Shown piece after piece: positions 38,530 to 48,147 of a DNA stretch of 64,000 nt. Numbering within the stretch: the stretch's first letter is position 1; every line of letters begins with the position of its first letter. Source of the stretch: an uncultured archaeon (GTDB taxonomy: Archaea > Aenigmatarchaeota > Aenigmatarchaeia > CG10238-14 > SCSR01). A program made the translations under genes and the position numbers. Under the pieces are notes generated by a model that saw only the letters and a program-made list of their open reading frames with translations, ran no database searches and was not told the origin of the DNA. Where the stretch lies: NCBI GenBank assembly GCA_964512235.1, contig CAZEGD010000003.1:101-64100 (forward strand). Reading direction: 5' to 3'.

Positions 38530-40146
38530 GTGAGAAGGTTGGCAGTCGAGCAAAGAATAGCTAAGCAGATGGCAAAGGATATGAAAGCCATAAGCATAGC
38601 CGAATTTTTCGAGAAGAACAGGCACTTGCTCGGCTATGAGAATTCGACAAAGGCTTTAATCACTGTTGTGAAGGAAGCCATGGACAACAGCTTGGATGCG
38701 TGTAATGAGGCAGGCATACTGCCGGATATTTATGTGACTCTGAAGCAGGTTGGCATAGACAGGTTCAAGCTCATTGTTGAAGACAACGGGCCGGGGATAG
38801 TCGAATCCAAGATACCATACGCGTTCGGCAAGCTACTCTTCGGCTCCAAATTCCACAGGCTCAGGCAGTCAAGAGGCACGCAAGGCATAGGCATCACTGG
38901 TGCCATTCTCTACTCCCAACTTACGACAGGAAAATCTGCATTGATAACATCCAGCACGGGTGACAAGAAGCTACACACCGTCAAGCTGATGATAGACACT
39001 GTGCATAACGAGCCACACATAATGTCGCGCGATGTCAAGTCAAACAAAGACAGCTGGCATGGCATAAAGATAGAGCTAGAGCTTGAAGGCAAATACGTTG
39101 AGCGCTTCCAGTCCATACCAGAATATCTGAAGCAGACTGCAATCGCTAATCCTTATGCACGCATAGTATACAACGGCCCGAACGGTGTAGAGAAGTTCGA
39201 CCGATCTACAGAAGTAATGCCAAAGCAGCCAAAAGAAATCAAGCCACATCCGTACGGCATAGAACTTGGAATATTAAGGCGAATGGCTAGGTTCACACGA
39301 TCCAGGAACACCACAGGTTTTATTACGAACGACTTCAGCCGAGTTGGTAAGCGGTCTGCCACGCAGATATTGAGACTTGCAAAGATAGACCCTAGGAAAA
39401 ATCCGAAGAATCTTGAAGCAGGCGAGATTGACAGGTTGCATAAGGCGATGCAAATGGTCAAGCTCATTTCACCGCCAACAAACTGTCTATCCCCACTCAC
39501 CAACCAGCTGATTGAAGATGGTCTGAAAAAGGAAGTGGATGCAGAATTCTACGTATCAGTCACCCGACCGCCTACTGTATATAGAGGAAACCCGTTCCAA
39601 GTTGAAGTGGGTATAGCATATGGCGGCAGCCTCAATCCAGCTACATCATGCAATATCTATCGTTTTGCAAACAAAGTACCGTTGCTTTACCATCAAAGCA
39701 GTTGCGCAATCACGGAATCTGTTACAGAAGTGGACTGGAGGCGATACGGTCTGCAGCAGAGCACAGGCAACATACCCAACGGTCCTGCAGTGATACTTGT
39801 GCACTTTGCATCGGTCTGGGTGCCATTCACATCAGAAGGCAAGGAGGCAATAGCAAAGTACCCGAAAATAATCAAAGAAGTTAAGCTTGCCTTGCAGGAT
39901 GCAGGCAGAAAGATGGCAAAATTTGTCAGGCAGAAAAAACACGCTAAGAGACTGCAGCAGCGCAGGCAAATGTTCGAGAGGTACATACCAGAGCTTGCGT
40001 CTGCATTGAACTCATTAACAAAGGAAGACAAAAATAAGATAATTAAAGGTTTGGAGAGGATATTGAAGAAAAACAATAAGGAAAATGGTATTGAAGAGGT
40101 AAAAGGTGAGAAGGTTGAAGAAGGAAAAGACGACGGAAAAGCTTGA
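38530..40146 (+). CDS. top6B: DNA topoisomerase VI subunit B
   Basis: GHKL motifs: VKEAMDNSLDACNEAGI, VEDNGPGI, GKLLFGSKFHRLRQSRGTQGIGITGA. Confidence 0.96.
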   Translation: MRRLAVEQRIAKQMAKDMKAISIAEFFEKNRHLLGYENSTKALITVVKEAMDNSLDACNEAGILPDIYVTLKQVGIDRFKLIVEDNGPGIVESKIPYAFGKLLFGSKFHRLRQSRGTQGIGITGAILYSQLTTGKSALITSSTGDKKLHTVKLMIDTVHNEPHIMSRDVKSNKDSWHGIKIELELEGKYVERFQSIPEYLKQTAIANPYARIVYNGPNGVEKFDRSTEVMPKQPKEIKPHPYGIELGILRRMARFTRSRNTTGFITNDFSRVGKRSATQILRLAKIDPRKNPKNLEAGEIDRLHKAMQMVKLISPPTNCLSPLTNQLIEDGLKKEVDAEFYVSVTRPPTVYRGNPFQVEVGIAYGGSLNPATSCNIYRFANKVPLLYHQSSCAITESVTEVDWRRYGLQQSTGNIPNGPAVILVHFASVWVPFTSEGKEAIAKYPKIIKEVKLALQDAGRKMAKFVRQKKHAKRLQQRRQMFERYIPELASALNSLTKEDKNKIIKGLERILKKNNKENGIEEVKGEKVEEGKDDGKA

Positions 40147-41194
40147 AGGTTTGGGCAAGGATGTCTTGAAAGACATAGAAAAGAAGCAAAACCCGAGCAT
40201 AAAGATACCAATACGGTCTTTGTCCAATGTCATTTATGACAAAAATACCAAATCGCTCAAGCTGGGCAACAAAGTATCCAAGCGATTCCTCTTCAATGTT
40301 GCTCATGCCAAGAAATTCACGCAGACTATGATGGTCGCAGCATTTTGCAACCAGCTGCTTAAAGAGAAGATACATACAAGCCTGAGGGACATGTTCTACA
40401 ACCTCAAGCGGACATTCCCGAATTCCAATGAAAATACTTTTGATGAGCAGAGTGAGAGCGATCCTATAGTAGTTGATCTGGAGGTTGCACTTGACATACT
40501 GCGAGAACATCTGCACTTGAATGCGGACATACGCGGCCGGGTGGTTGGCCAGGCAAAAGTTGTTGACAGGGGTGATGTGGTAGACTGGTCCAAACTTGGC
40601 AGCGGTGGATGGGCCATACCGTCAAACGTTGAAGACATAAAATTGAAGCGGGTATCTGCAAAGTTCATCCTTGTCATAGAGAAGAACGCAGCATTCGAGA
40701 GATTGCATGAGGACAAGTTCTGGCAGAAGCACAAATGCATACTCATCACGACGCAAGGCCAGGCTGCTAGAGGGTGCAGAAGGTTGATACAGAGATTGGT
40801 GGATGAGTACAAACTGCCCGTGTACGTATTTTGCGATAGCGATCCCTACGGATGGTACATTTATTCCGTCATTAAGTACGGCTCCATGAGCTTGGCGCAT
40901 GTATCAGAGAGGCTCGGCACACCGAATGCAAAATACATAGGGTTGACTATGACAGACATAGAGAAGTTCAAGCTGCAGAAATTCACGATCAAAGCAAGGG
41001 ACGTAGACATAAAGCGCGCTAAAGATATGCTGAAGTATGAATGGTTCCAGCACCCTGCATGGCAGAAAGAATTAAAGCTTTTGATAAAAGACAAGAGAAA
41101 GGCAGAGCTGGAAGCATTGTCTGGTCGAGGATTGAAGTTCATGACTGAGGAGTATCTGCCGAAGAAGATAAAAAACAAAGATTTCCTACCTTAG
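40106..41194 (+). CDS. top6A: DNA topoisomerase VI subunit A
   Basis: TSLRDMFYNLKRTF (catalytic Tyr), Toprim VFCDSDPYGWYIYSVIKYGS. Confidence 0.96.
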   Translation: MRRLKKEKTTEKLEGLGKDVLKDIEKKQNPSIKIPIRSLSNVIYDKNTKSLKLGNKVSKRFLFNVAHAKKFTQTMMVAAFCNQLLKEKIHTSLRDMFYNLKRTFPNSNENTFDEQSESDPIVVDLEVALDILREHLHLNADIRGRVVGQAKVVDRGDVVDWSKLGSGGWAIPSNVEDIKLKRVSAKFILVIEKNAAFERLHEDKFWQKHKCILITTQGQAARGCRRLIQRLVDEYKLPVYVFCDSDPYGWYIYSVIKYGSMSLAHVSERLGTPNAKYIGLTMTDIEKFKLQKFTIKARDVDIKRAKDMLKYEWFQHPAWQKELKLLIKDKRKAELEALSGRGLKFMTEEYLPKKIKNKDFLP

Positions 41195-41238
41195 TTAAAC
41201 GCTATAACCTTTAAAATTGTAGTTTCCTTATCCTATTT

Positions 41239-41928
41239 ATGAAAAATGAAGTGTTTGCCATAGTACCGGCATACAACGAAGAAGAAAGCATAGTAGAAGT
41301 CATTAGCCGTATCAAAAAAATTGGTATTACACCAGTTGTGGTGGACGATCATTCTACTGATAGAACTGCAGATATTGCAAAATCCAACGGCGTAGCTATC
41401 GTAAGGCAAAAAAGAAACATGGGTAAGGGGCATGCCATGAGAGCTGGCCTGGACTATGTTATAAAGAATTATCCAGAAGCCAAGATTATAGTTTTTATCG
41501 ATGCCGACATGCAATACAAACCAGAGAGTATGGTGAAAATGATTGAGATGTTGCGAGCGGATAAAGCAGACTTTGTGACAGGCTACAGGGATTTGTCTAC
41601 AATACCATTTAGGCATAAGCTGGGTAATTTTGTGTGGCGTTCAACATTCAATACTTTATTTGGCACTAAGTTCAGGGACACAAACTGTGGATTGATTGCA
41701 TTGCAAAGAGATGCAATAGAAAAAATAAAGGGCAGTCTCACGGGCGGGTATATAATAGAGAATAGCATGTTCATTGAAGCGCTAAAGAACAATTTAAGAA
41801 TAAAACAGGTTCCTGTACCCGTGGTCTACAATAGAGTGAGTAGAATTAAGCGCGGTACTAGGACAGTAGGCGGTGTATTGCTGTTCATATTGAAAGAAGG
41901 GATAAACTACAGGTTTGGCAGGAGATAA
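41239..41928 (+). CDS. Family 2 glycosyltransferase
   Basis: VFAIVPAYNEEESIVEVISRIKK...VVDDHSTDRTADIA...FIDADMQYKP. Confidence 0.9.
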   Translation: MKNEVFAIVPAYNEEESIVEVISRIKKIGITPVVVDDHSTDRTADIAKSNGVAIVRQKRNMGKGHAMRAGLDYVIKNYPEAKIIVFIDADMQYKPESMVKMIEMLRADKADFVTGYRDLSTIPFRHKLGNFVWRSTFNTLFGTKFRDTNCGLIALQRDAIEKIKGSLTGGYIIENSMFIEALKNNLRIKQVPVPVVYNRVSRIKRGTRTVGGVLLFILKEGINYRFGRR

Positions 41929-41958
41929 TTTTCTATAAAAGGAAGTAACGCCAAAATA

Positions 41959-42357
41959 ATGGCTATGATTTTAAATGAAATCGAAATAATTTTCAAAATA
42001 ATGCTGTGCGCTGCACTCATGTTCATCATAGGCAAGGAGAGGCAGAAGAAGAAAAGGTTTGTCGGACCCAGGACACTGATGTTGATAGGATGTGCAACTA
42101 CGCTCCTTTCAGCTATATCATCCAGTCTTGATATATCCTTCATACTCGGTGGGACAGTGACAGGTGTCGGTTTTCTGGGTGGTGGAGTGATAACAAAAGA
42201 AAATGGAAAGGTCAGCGGCCTTACGACAGCTTCGATGATATGGCTAGCCGCTATAATAGGGATATCCATAGGATTGGAACTCTATTTAACATCAATATTT
42301 GTAACAGTTTTCTCTTTCTTCGTCCTTAGAAACAAGAACATGTTGAGAGCGCTGTAA
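41959..42357 (+). CDS. MgtC/SapB-like membrane protein
   Basis: GKERQKKKRFVGPRTLMLIGCATTLLSAIS...GGTVTGVGFLGGGVI...GLTTASMIWLAAIIGI. Confidence 0.85.
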   Translation: MAMILNEIEIIFKIMLCAALMFIIGKERQKKKRFVGPRTLMLIGCATTLLSAISSSLDISFILGGTVTGVGFLGGGVITKENGKVSGLTTASMIWLAAIIGISIGLELYLTSIFVTVFSFFVLRNKNMLRAL

Positions 42358-42416
42358 AGTTGTGGCACAAAAATCAATAAAGATTTTTAAAATCAAAAAG
42401 TAGATTAAAATGAGAA

Positions 42417-42490
42417 GGGAACGTAGCTCAGCCTGGGAGAGCAATCGGCTGAAGACCGATGTGTCGCGAGTTCAAATCTCGCCGTTCCCA
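42417..42490 (+). tRNA. tRNA-Phe (GAA), no intron
   Basis: GGGAACG/CGTTCCC acceptor, ATCGG-CTGAAGA-CCGAT anticodon arm. Confidence 0.95.
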
Positions 42491-42561
42491 CTCTCTTTCT
42501 AACAACACATTTATCCAGCCACCGCAAAATAAAATTAGATATTTAAGCATCGTAGTGGAAG

Positions 42562-43143
42562 ATGTTTAGTATGGCCGCAAAGGAAAAGACAAAAACATGG
42601 GAAGGAGAACTGGTAGGAAAGAGGGTGATAATCTGGGACCCTGCAGCCGTAGCTCTATATGACGAGTCTGGATATGGCAAGCCACTGCCAGAGAAAGAAA
42701 CCAACAGGTTAGAGCTAGAGCTTGTAGAGGCAACCTATCTTGTTGAGAAGAAGAAATTGAAAGTTAAGAAAAAAGGTAGGAAAAAGGTGCTTGCATTCAA
42801 GGATTTGATGAAGATTGCCACTGATGAAGTAAATCAATTCCACCCGCAGTTCATAGTTTTCCGTGATTTACGTGAGCGGGGATATCTGGTTAAGACGGGT
42901 TATAAATTTGGTGCACACTTTAGAGTATACGAACGCGGCGTTAAGCTCAGGCGCGGTCCAAAGGCCGCACACGAACATACGAAGTTCGTGCTACATGCCG
43001 TGCCAGAGGAGGCTGCATTCTCTCTACCAGAAATGTCTCGCGCGGTAAGGCTTGCACACAACATACGTGCCACATTTGTATGGGCAGTAGTGGACAAAGA
43101 GAGCGACGTCACCTACTATACAATACAGAGGTTGACTCCTTAG
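42562..43143 (+). CDS. endA: tRNA-intron endonuclease, single-domain type
   Basis: LRERGYLVKTGYKFGAHFRVYERG...HTKFVLHAVPE contains the Tyr/His/Lys catalytic pattern. Confidence 0.88.
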   Translation: MFSMAAKEKTKTWEGELVGKRVIIWDPAAVALYDESGYGKPLPEKETNRLELELVEATYLVEKKKLKVKKKGRKKVLAFKDLMKIATDEVNQFHPQFIVFRDLRERGYLVKTGYKFGAHFRVYERGVKLRRGPKAAHEHTKFVLHAVPEEAAFSLPEMSRAVRLAHNIRATFVWAVVDKESDVTYYTIQRLTP

Positions 43144-43159
43144 ATCAGTAGGTGAAACA

Positions 43160-43369
43160 ATGGGAAACATAAAGACGTCTTTCGTAAAATCAGTCGCCCA
43201 TGAGCTGTATGAAGAGTATGCTGATAAGTTCACTACTGACTTTTCGAAGAACAAAGAAGTCGTCAAGCAGCTTGCGGATATAAAATCCAAGCGGCTAATG
43301 AATATGATTGTAGGGTACTTGACAAAGCTGAAGAAGCGCAATAATCACGAGAAGCTCGGTGCGCGCTAA
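43160..43369 (+). CDS. rps17e: Ribosomal protein S17e
   Basis: KTSFVKSVAHELYEEYADKFTTDFSKNKEVVKQLADIKSKRLMNMIVGYLT. Confidence 0.9.
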   Translation: MGNIKTSFVKSVAHELYEEYADKFTTDFSKNKEVVKQLADIKSKRLMNMIVGYLTKLKKRNNHEKLGAR

Positions 43370-43465
43370 TTACACCCTTTTCCTCATGTACCATAAGAAT
43401 TAATTGTTTTAAAAATAACTTTATTTTAGGATATTTTAAGAGATTGAGCTTAGAGCGGTGAAACA

Positions 43466-44581
43466 ATGGCAGTCATACCGAAGATAGACGAATTCGCATT
43501 TGTCCTGCTAGGTGGGTTGTTGTTTATTTTCATCCTAATGGTAGTGTGGAGCACGCCGATAGAGCCGCCGCCAGTAATAGAGCCAAAGACAGTAAGCCTT
43601 GTAATCAGGCAGGGCTCCTCTGATAGTTTTGACATAGAATTCGACGGTACAGTCTCAGCCGTGAACCTAACTGCTCATGGTGAGATAAGCGGATGGGTGA
43701 CATTCAACAAACAGGACTTTAACATAAATGAAAAGGGTTCAGTAGGAGTGACGGTGGAAGTACCGGATAATGAAGATGAGGGTTTCTATAACGGCAGAAT
43801 AGAAGTGCATTCTGCAGGTGGCAAATCCTATGTATCTGTCAACATTGAAGTCTTGGAACAGACTGGAGAGGTGGTTTCAAAACCTGTATTTCTGGGAGAT
43901 TTTATCGTGAGCTATAGCGAAGGCGCTGAAGTATTGGATTCAAAGTCCACAACTACAGTATCTAAAAGCTACTTCAGCGAAAGAGCACTTACACTGACTG
44001 GCATTATGACAGAAGACAGGCTAACAATTGTCACAGACGCATATGTGCAGTTGGATGTAGAAGACACGAATATGGCAGGCAATCTCATAGTTAAAGTCAA
44101 CGGTGAGACTGTGTACAAGGATGTTACGGCCATCGGTACTCTGACCATCCCAGTCGATAAGGATTTGCTAGAGACTTCCAATACCGTAGAGATAAAAGCC
44201 GGTTCGCCTGGTTGGAGGTTCTGGATGAGCACTATGTACAAGTTGCGATCAAGCTTCGAGATAAGTTATATGGGCATATTTTCAGAGAGTTTTAACTTTG
44301 ACTTAAATGCTGTGCAGATTGCAAATTTCAAGGATTTGGGTCTGAACTACAGGGTACAAAACTACAACCTACCGTTGCCTGAGCTTATGATTAAAGTCAA
44401 CGGCCAGCTTGCATTCTGGGAGCGGCCGCCACTGGTGCTTGGAGACCATACATTCACAGAAGATGTCTTTGGAAATGATATAATTCTGAACGAAGGGAAT
44501 AACACAATATCGTTCAACTTTGAGCGCGAAGCATCCTACAGTGTAGCTGATGCAATACTGACTGTCAATTACTATGCCTAG
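43466..44581 (+). CDS. Membrane-anchored beta-sandwich hypothetical protein
   Basis: N-terminal TM, then Ig/CARDB-like ectodomain text (VSLVIRQGSSDSFDIEFDG...). Confidence 0.55.
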   Translation: MAVIPKIDEFAFVLLGGLLFIFILMVVWSTPIEPPPVIEPKTVSLVIRQGSSDSFDIEFDGTVSAVNLTAHGEISGWVTFNKQDFNINEKGSVGVTVEVPDNEDEGFYNGRIEVHSAGGKSYVSVNIEVLEQTGEVVSKPVFLGDFIVSYSEGAEVLDSKSTTTVSKSYFSERALTLTGIMTEDRLTIVTDAYVQLDVEDTNMAGNLIVKVNGETVYKDVTAIGTLTIPVDKDLLETSNTVEIKAGSPGWRFWMSTMYKLRSSFEISYMGIFSESFNFDLNAVQIANFKDLGLNYRVQNYNLPLPELMIKVNGQLAFWERPPLVLGDHTFTEDVFGNDIILNEGNNTISFNFEREASYSVADAILTVNYYA

Positions 44582-44583
44582 AA

Positions 44584-45378
44584 TCAGCCAAGTGCCATAA
44601 GAGCCAATAAATCTCTAGTTCCAGTCGCAGCACCAAGTACACCTATGACCAGTTTGACATACGTATTGAATTGCTTGTCATCCGAAAACTTGTCTATAGC
44701 CATTAACAGTACAGCAATTCCTACAGCTTTGACTACTATGAAAGATGCAGGTCCGAATATGTTTATGAAAGCTGTCGGCAGTATATGCTGCTCGTAGAAG
44801 TTGAAGAATTGTAAAGAGACAAACGTAGCTGTCGCATCAAGCATCTGCAAAGACATAACAGCCTTGTTCTCTCCACTCCATCTCAAGAATTTAAAAAGTA
44901 AAATCCAAGGGACAAAGAACACCACGAAGAGCAGTGCACCATAGAGATTGATATGAGTCATTAATGATGCTATCAAAACACTGAGTGGCAGCGACATCAA
45001 CAGAGTACCGAACATGCAGACAGGCTTGAAATACGGTATACCCCTCTTCTTTTCAATGAACAAAGACACAAGCAAAGCTGCAATCGTAATAGCAAACACG
45101 AAAACGTATATGCCTGGAGTGACGAATATGTTGCCATGTATGAGGCCAAGGTCTTCCAAGACTCTTATAGAACTACCTAAGACCACATAAGGTGCAATTG
45201 CTATTGCCAGTCTCCTATCAATTTTCACTTTCAACTTTTTCAATGTTTCATATATCACATAAACAGCCGCTACAAGCAACAAGCCATATGTGAGCGTCTT
45301 TGGCACGTCATAGCCGCTACGCTTTGGTTGAAGGAAGTATTCTAGTAATTTGTCAATACTGAAACTACTCAAATCCAT
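44584..45378 (-). CDS. DUF63 family membrane protein
   Basis: YGLLLVAAVYVIYETLKKLKVKIDRRLAIAIAPYVVLGSSIRVLEDLG. Confidence 0.8.
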   Translation of the reverse strand: MDLSSFSIDKLLEYFLQPKRSGYDVPKTLTYGLLLVAAVYVIYETLKKLKVKIDRRLAIAIAPYVVLGSSIRVLEDLGLIHGNIFVTPGIYVFVFAITIAALLVSLFIEKKRGIPYFKPVCMFGTLLMSLPLSVLIASLMTHINLYGALLFVVFFVPWILLFKFLRWSGENKAVMSLQMLDATATFVSLQFFNFYEQHILPTAFINIFGPASFIVVKAVGIAVLLMAIDKFSDDKQFNTYVKLVIGVLGAATGTRDLLALMALG

Positions 45379-45435
45379 ACAACTAATATATGACTTGGAT
45401 AAAATTAATATCCGCTCAAGCCCAAAGATTAATCA

Positions 45436-46395
45436 ATGGTAAATGCAAAAAAGACTCTAATTTTATTGCTAGTATTGGTAGTTGTAGTGAGCCTTTCAGG
45501 ATGCGATGAAGCTTATGGGGAAGAGCAGCAATACGACGATAATGTGATAACTATTGAATACTACTCCGTATCTTCGTTAAAACCATATGCTGAAAGACCC
45601 ACTACGATTAGATTCTTCTTGAGAAATAATGGACAGTATGATGTGGAAAATCTAGTAGTGGATTTCTTTAACATCCAAGACTTTAGTGTGACCGATATGT
45701 ATTGTGATGACGCAGATAATGCACTCTCTACAGGAATGATACAGATAATAGAAGGTAATCAAAACTGCACCTATAACACCTTTGAAGATTATGAGAAGAA
45801 AGTATGGATTATGCTGATGGCACCAGATAATGATAAAATTCCCAAACCAACAACACTTAGAGTCGATTATAACGTTAGCTATGATTATTTTGGAGTCAGG
45901 GAGGCGCATATACCTATAGTCGATGAAATGACAATCATAAAACCAATGTCTAAATTTACGCAGACTGCACATTCTCCTAGCCCTATACATGTAAGCTTTG
46001 AGCCACCTGTGGGTGATGTGAGAATAGAGGATGGTGTTGAAATAAAAGAGTATTGGGGCACCCAGAACGAGCCATTCGAGCTAAATATGAATTTCAAGCA
46101 TGTCGGCAGCAGCTCTGTCGGTACCATAGGCAAGTTGGAGATTGAAGAAGGGAATGTCAAATTAAGGTCAAGTGGCCTTAGCATATTCTCCGGCCTTCCT
46201 TGCGACTTCACCGTGAGCGGGGATGAGATGGTTTCCAATAAAGAAGTAGAAATCCCGGGAACTTTGACGTGTTATTTCGTTTTGAGCAATGAAAATCCAC
46301 TACCTGAAGTTACTGAGACGTTGCAGGCAGAGTTTACATTCTCATATAATTTCGTCAGAAGCCAGGAATTTGAAGTCCAGCCACTTTCGGACTGA
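45436..46395 (+). CDS. Putative lipoprotein
   Basis: LLLVLVVVVSLSGCDE lipobox-like. Confidence 0.65.
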   Translation: MVNAKKTLILLLVLVVVVSLSGCDEAYGEEQQYDDNVITIEYYSVSSLKPYAERPTTIRFFLRNNGQYDVENLVVDFFNIQDFSVTDMYCDDADNALSTGMIQIIEGNQNCTYNTFEDYEKKVWIMLMAPDNDKIPKPTTLRVDYNVSYDYFGVREAHIPIVDEMTIIKPMSKFTQTAHSPSPIHVSFEPPVGDVRIEDGVEIKEYWGTQNEPFELNMNFKHVGSSSVGTIGKLEIEEGNVKLRSSGLSIFSGLPCDFTVSGDEMVSNKEVEIPGTLTCYFVLSNENPLPEVTETLQAEFTFSYNFVRSQEFEVQPLSD

Positions 46396-46461
46396 AAAAC
46401 AAAAAACACCTTAGATGTATTTAAATTGCTCGGTGCATAAATTAATTATAAGAGTGAGTAA

Positions 46462-47379
46462 ATGAAGAAAATAGTCTTAGCCAGTTTGTTCTTGGCGGTA
46501 TTCTTGGCCGGTTGTACAATCTTTGAAACCGTTTCAGGAACGTCGTCAGGGACTAATGGTATAATCATAAAAGACTTTGGTTTTGACTATTCCCCAATAT
46601 ATGCAGAAGAGTCAACGGGATTGACTCTGACGCTCCAGAACGTAGGTGGAGCTGAGGGAACAATAACAGAAATAACAATATTCGGCGTTGACGCGCCAGG
46701 TGCAAATGCAGGATCCCTCACTTGGGGTTATGGAAGTGGCGATGACTTCAGTTTAACTCCAGGTACAGAATTGTTGCCACCAGATCCAAGTACGGGATTT
46801 GATGGAGAGGAATACTTCCAAGAATGGATACCTGAGGCACCGACAAGTATAACAGCAGCAACAACTTACGATTTCCAGACGAGAGTCAAGTATACCTATA
46901 CTACGACTTTCACAGGGACGATTCAAATAGTCGACAACGACTACCTAAGGACTCTATCATCTAGCGATAGAGAATCATTGATAAAAGTAGGCGGAGTCCA
47001 AGACTCGACAGTAACGGGTGGTCCATTATCACTGAAGGCTGCAAGCAGCAGAAACTTCATAGTCAGAGATGGTGATACGGCAGAGAACAGAGACATTAAA
47101 TTCAAGATAACAAACGTCGGAAGCGGTTACCCGTATAAAGAACCTTGGAGTGATGTCAATCTACACATTGTTTCAGTTACGGTAGACGATGGGATAGACT
47201 GTAGTACACAAGACATAAAATTGAGCAGAGGAAAGACAGGAGTTTTGACATGTACTTTCACAACACCAGCACAAGGGAGTTTCACGAACAAAATAGACAA
47301 GATGTTCTCAATAACGCTAGGATATGGCTACTACGTTGACAGCGCTGCATCTATAACGGTAAACCCAATACTTGACTAA
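46462..47379 (+). CDS. Putative lipoprotein
   Basis: IVLASLFLAVFLAGCTIF lipobox-like; resembles the preceding gene in layout. Confidence 0.65.
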   Translation: MKKIVLASLFLAVFLAGCTIFETVSGTSSGTNGIIIKDFGFDYSPIYAEESTGLTLTLQNVGGAEGTITEITIFGVDAPGANAGSLTWGYGSGDDFSLTPGTELLPPDPSTGFDGEEYFQEWIPEAPTSITAATTYDFQTRVKYTYTTTFTGTIQIVDNDYLRTLSSSDRESLIKVGGVQDSTVTGGPLSLKAASSRNFIVRDGDTAENRDIKFKITNVGSGYPYKEPWSDVNLHIVSVTVDDGIDCSTQDIKLSRGKTGVLTCTFTTPAQGSFTNKIDKMFSITLGYGYYVDSAASITVNPILD

Positions 47380-47460
47380 AACCAAAGGCTTGAGAGAATT
47401 TAAGAATCTTTTACAGCCTTCTTTTTATTTTAATTTTTACAGAATCATTTATCTTCCGTA

Positions 47461-47476
47461 TATGGGCCCGAGGAGA
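47461..47476. repeat. Direct repeat copy 1 (tRNA-Val 3'-end fragment)
   Basis: tatgggcccgaggaga, identical to 48023..48038. Confidence 0.85.
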
Positions 47477-47522
47477 CATATTTATTTTTCTTGTTCATCA
47501 ATTAGAATTTACTATTTTGTAT

Positions 47523-47969
47523 CTAATAAAGAAACTTTTCACGTTCCTCTTCCGAAATATACCCTTTCTTACACGCCCATGATAGTAATGAAGCATTATG
47601 AATTCTAGCTGGTCGACCCTTTCCAATTAACTTCAATGATTCTGGAAGTGTTTTGTCTCTCGATAAATAATATGCAATTCCAACAGCAACACTCCTGCTA
47701 GTTCCAGATTCACAACAAATTAGGACATCACCTTTATCTATGCATTTATTAATGAACTCAATTGCAATATCAAAGGCGTAATAAGATATAGGAAAGTCAT
47801 CGTATAGTTGCATCTCTAGGCAAGGTTTACCTTCAACTATCCTTTCCTCCCCCTTCCCAGTTAAACAATTGATTACTGCAGCGGATGTGGAATATGGACT
47901 AGTCTTCTTATAGTCCAAATCCTCTAGACAGCCAATTATTATCTTATGTTTTGACAAACCGTTGCTCAT
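47523..47969 (-). CDS. Dual-specificity/tyrosine phosphatase-like protein
   Basis: DVLICCESGTSRSVAVGIAYYL: CX5R P-loop. Confidence 0.8.
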   Translation of the reverse strand: MSNGLSKHKIIIGCLEDLDYKKTSPYSTSAAVINCLTGKGEERIVEGKPCLEMQLYDDFPISYYAFDIAIEFINKCIDKGDVLICCESGTSRSVAVGIAYYLSRDKTLPESLKLIGKGRPARIHNASLLSWACKKGYISEEEREKFLY

Positions 47970-48022
47970 AATAAAATTTTACAGGTGAGAGATTTATTTA
48001 GATGTTTTTATCTTCGATTCTA

Positions 48023-48038
48023 GTATGGGCCCGAGGAG
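48023..48038. repeat. Direct repeat copy 2 (within the tRNA-Val 3' end)
   Basis: tatgggcccgaggaga, identical to 47461..47476. Confidence 0.85.
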
Positions 48039-48116
48039 AATTGAACTCCTGTCTTTACCGTTCTCAAGTTTGAATCTGTCATGTGAGGGTAATGTCCTAC
48101 CACTAGACTACGGGCC
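48026..48116 (-). tRNA. tRNA-Val (CAC) with ~21-nt intron
   Basis: GGGCCCG/CGGGCCC, TTACC-CTCACA^...^C-GGTAA. Intron TGACAGATTCAAACTTGAGAA; BHB central helix CTCA/TGAG with 3-nt bulges. Confidence 0.87.
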
Positions 48117-48147
48117 CAGTGATGTATAATTGGACTTCTGCTTTTAT

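Noticed and set aside
40106-40146. Frameshift between the Topo VI B and A genes
   Set aside because: The short overlap is ordinary operon coupling of two intact genes with complete catalytic motifs.
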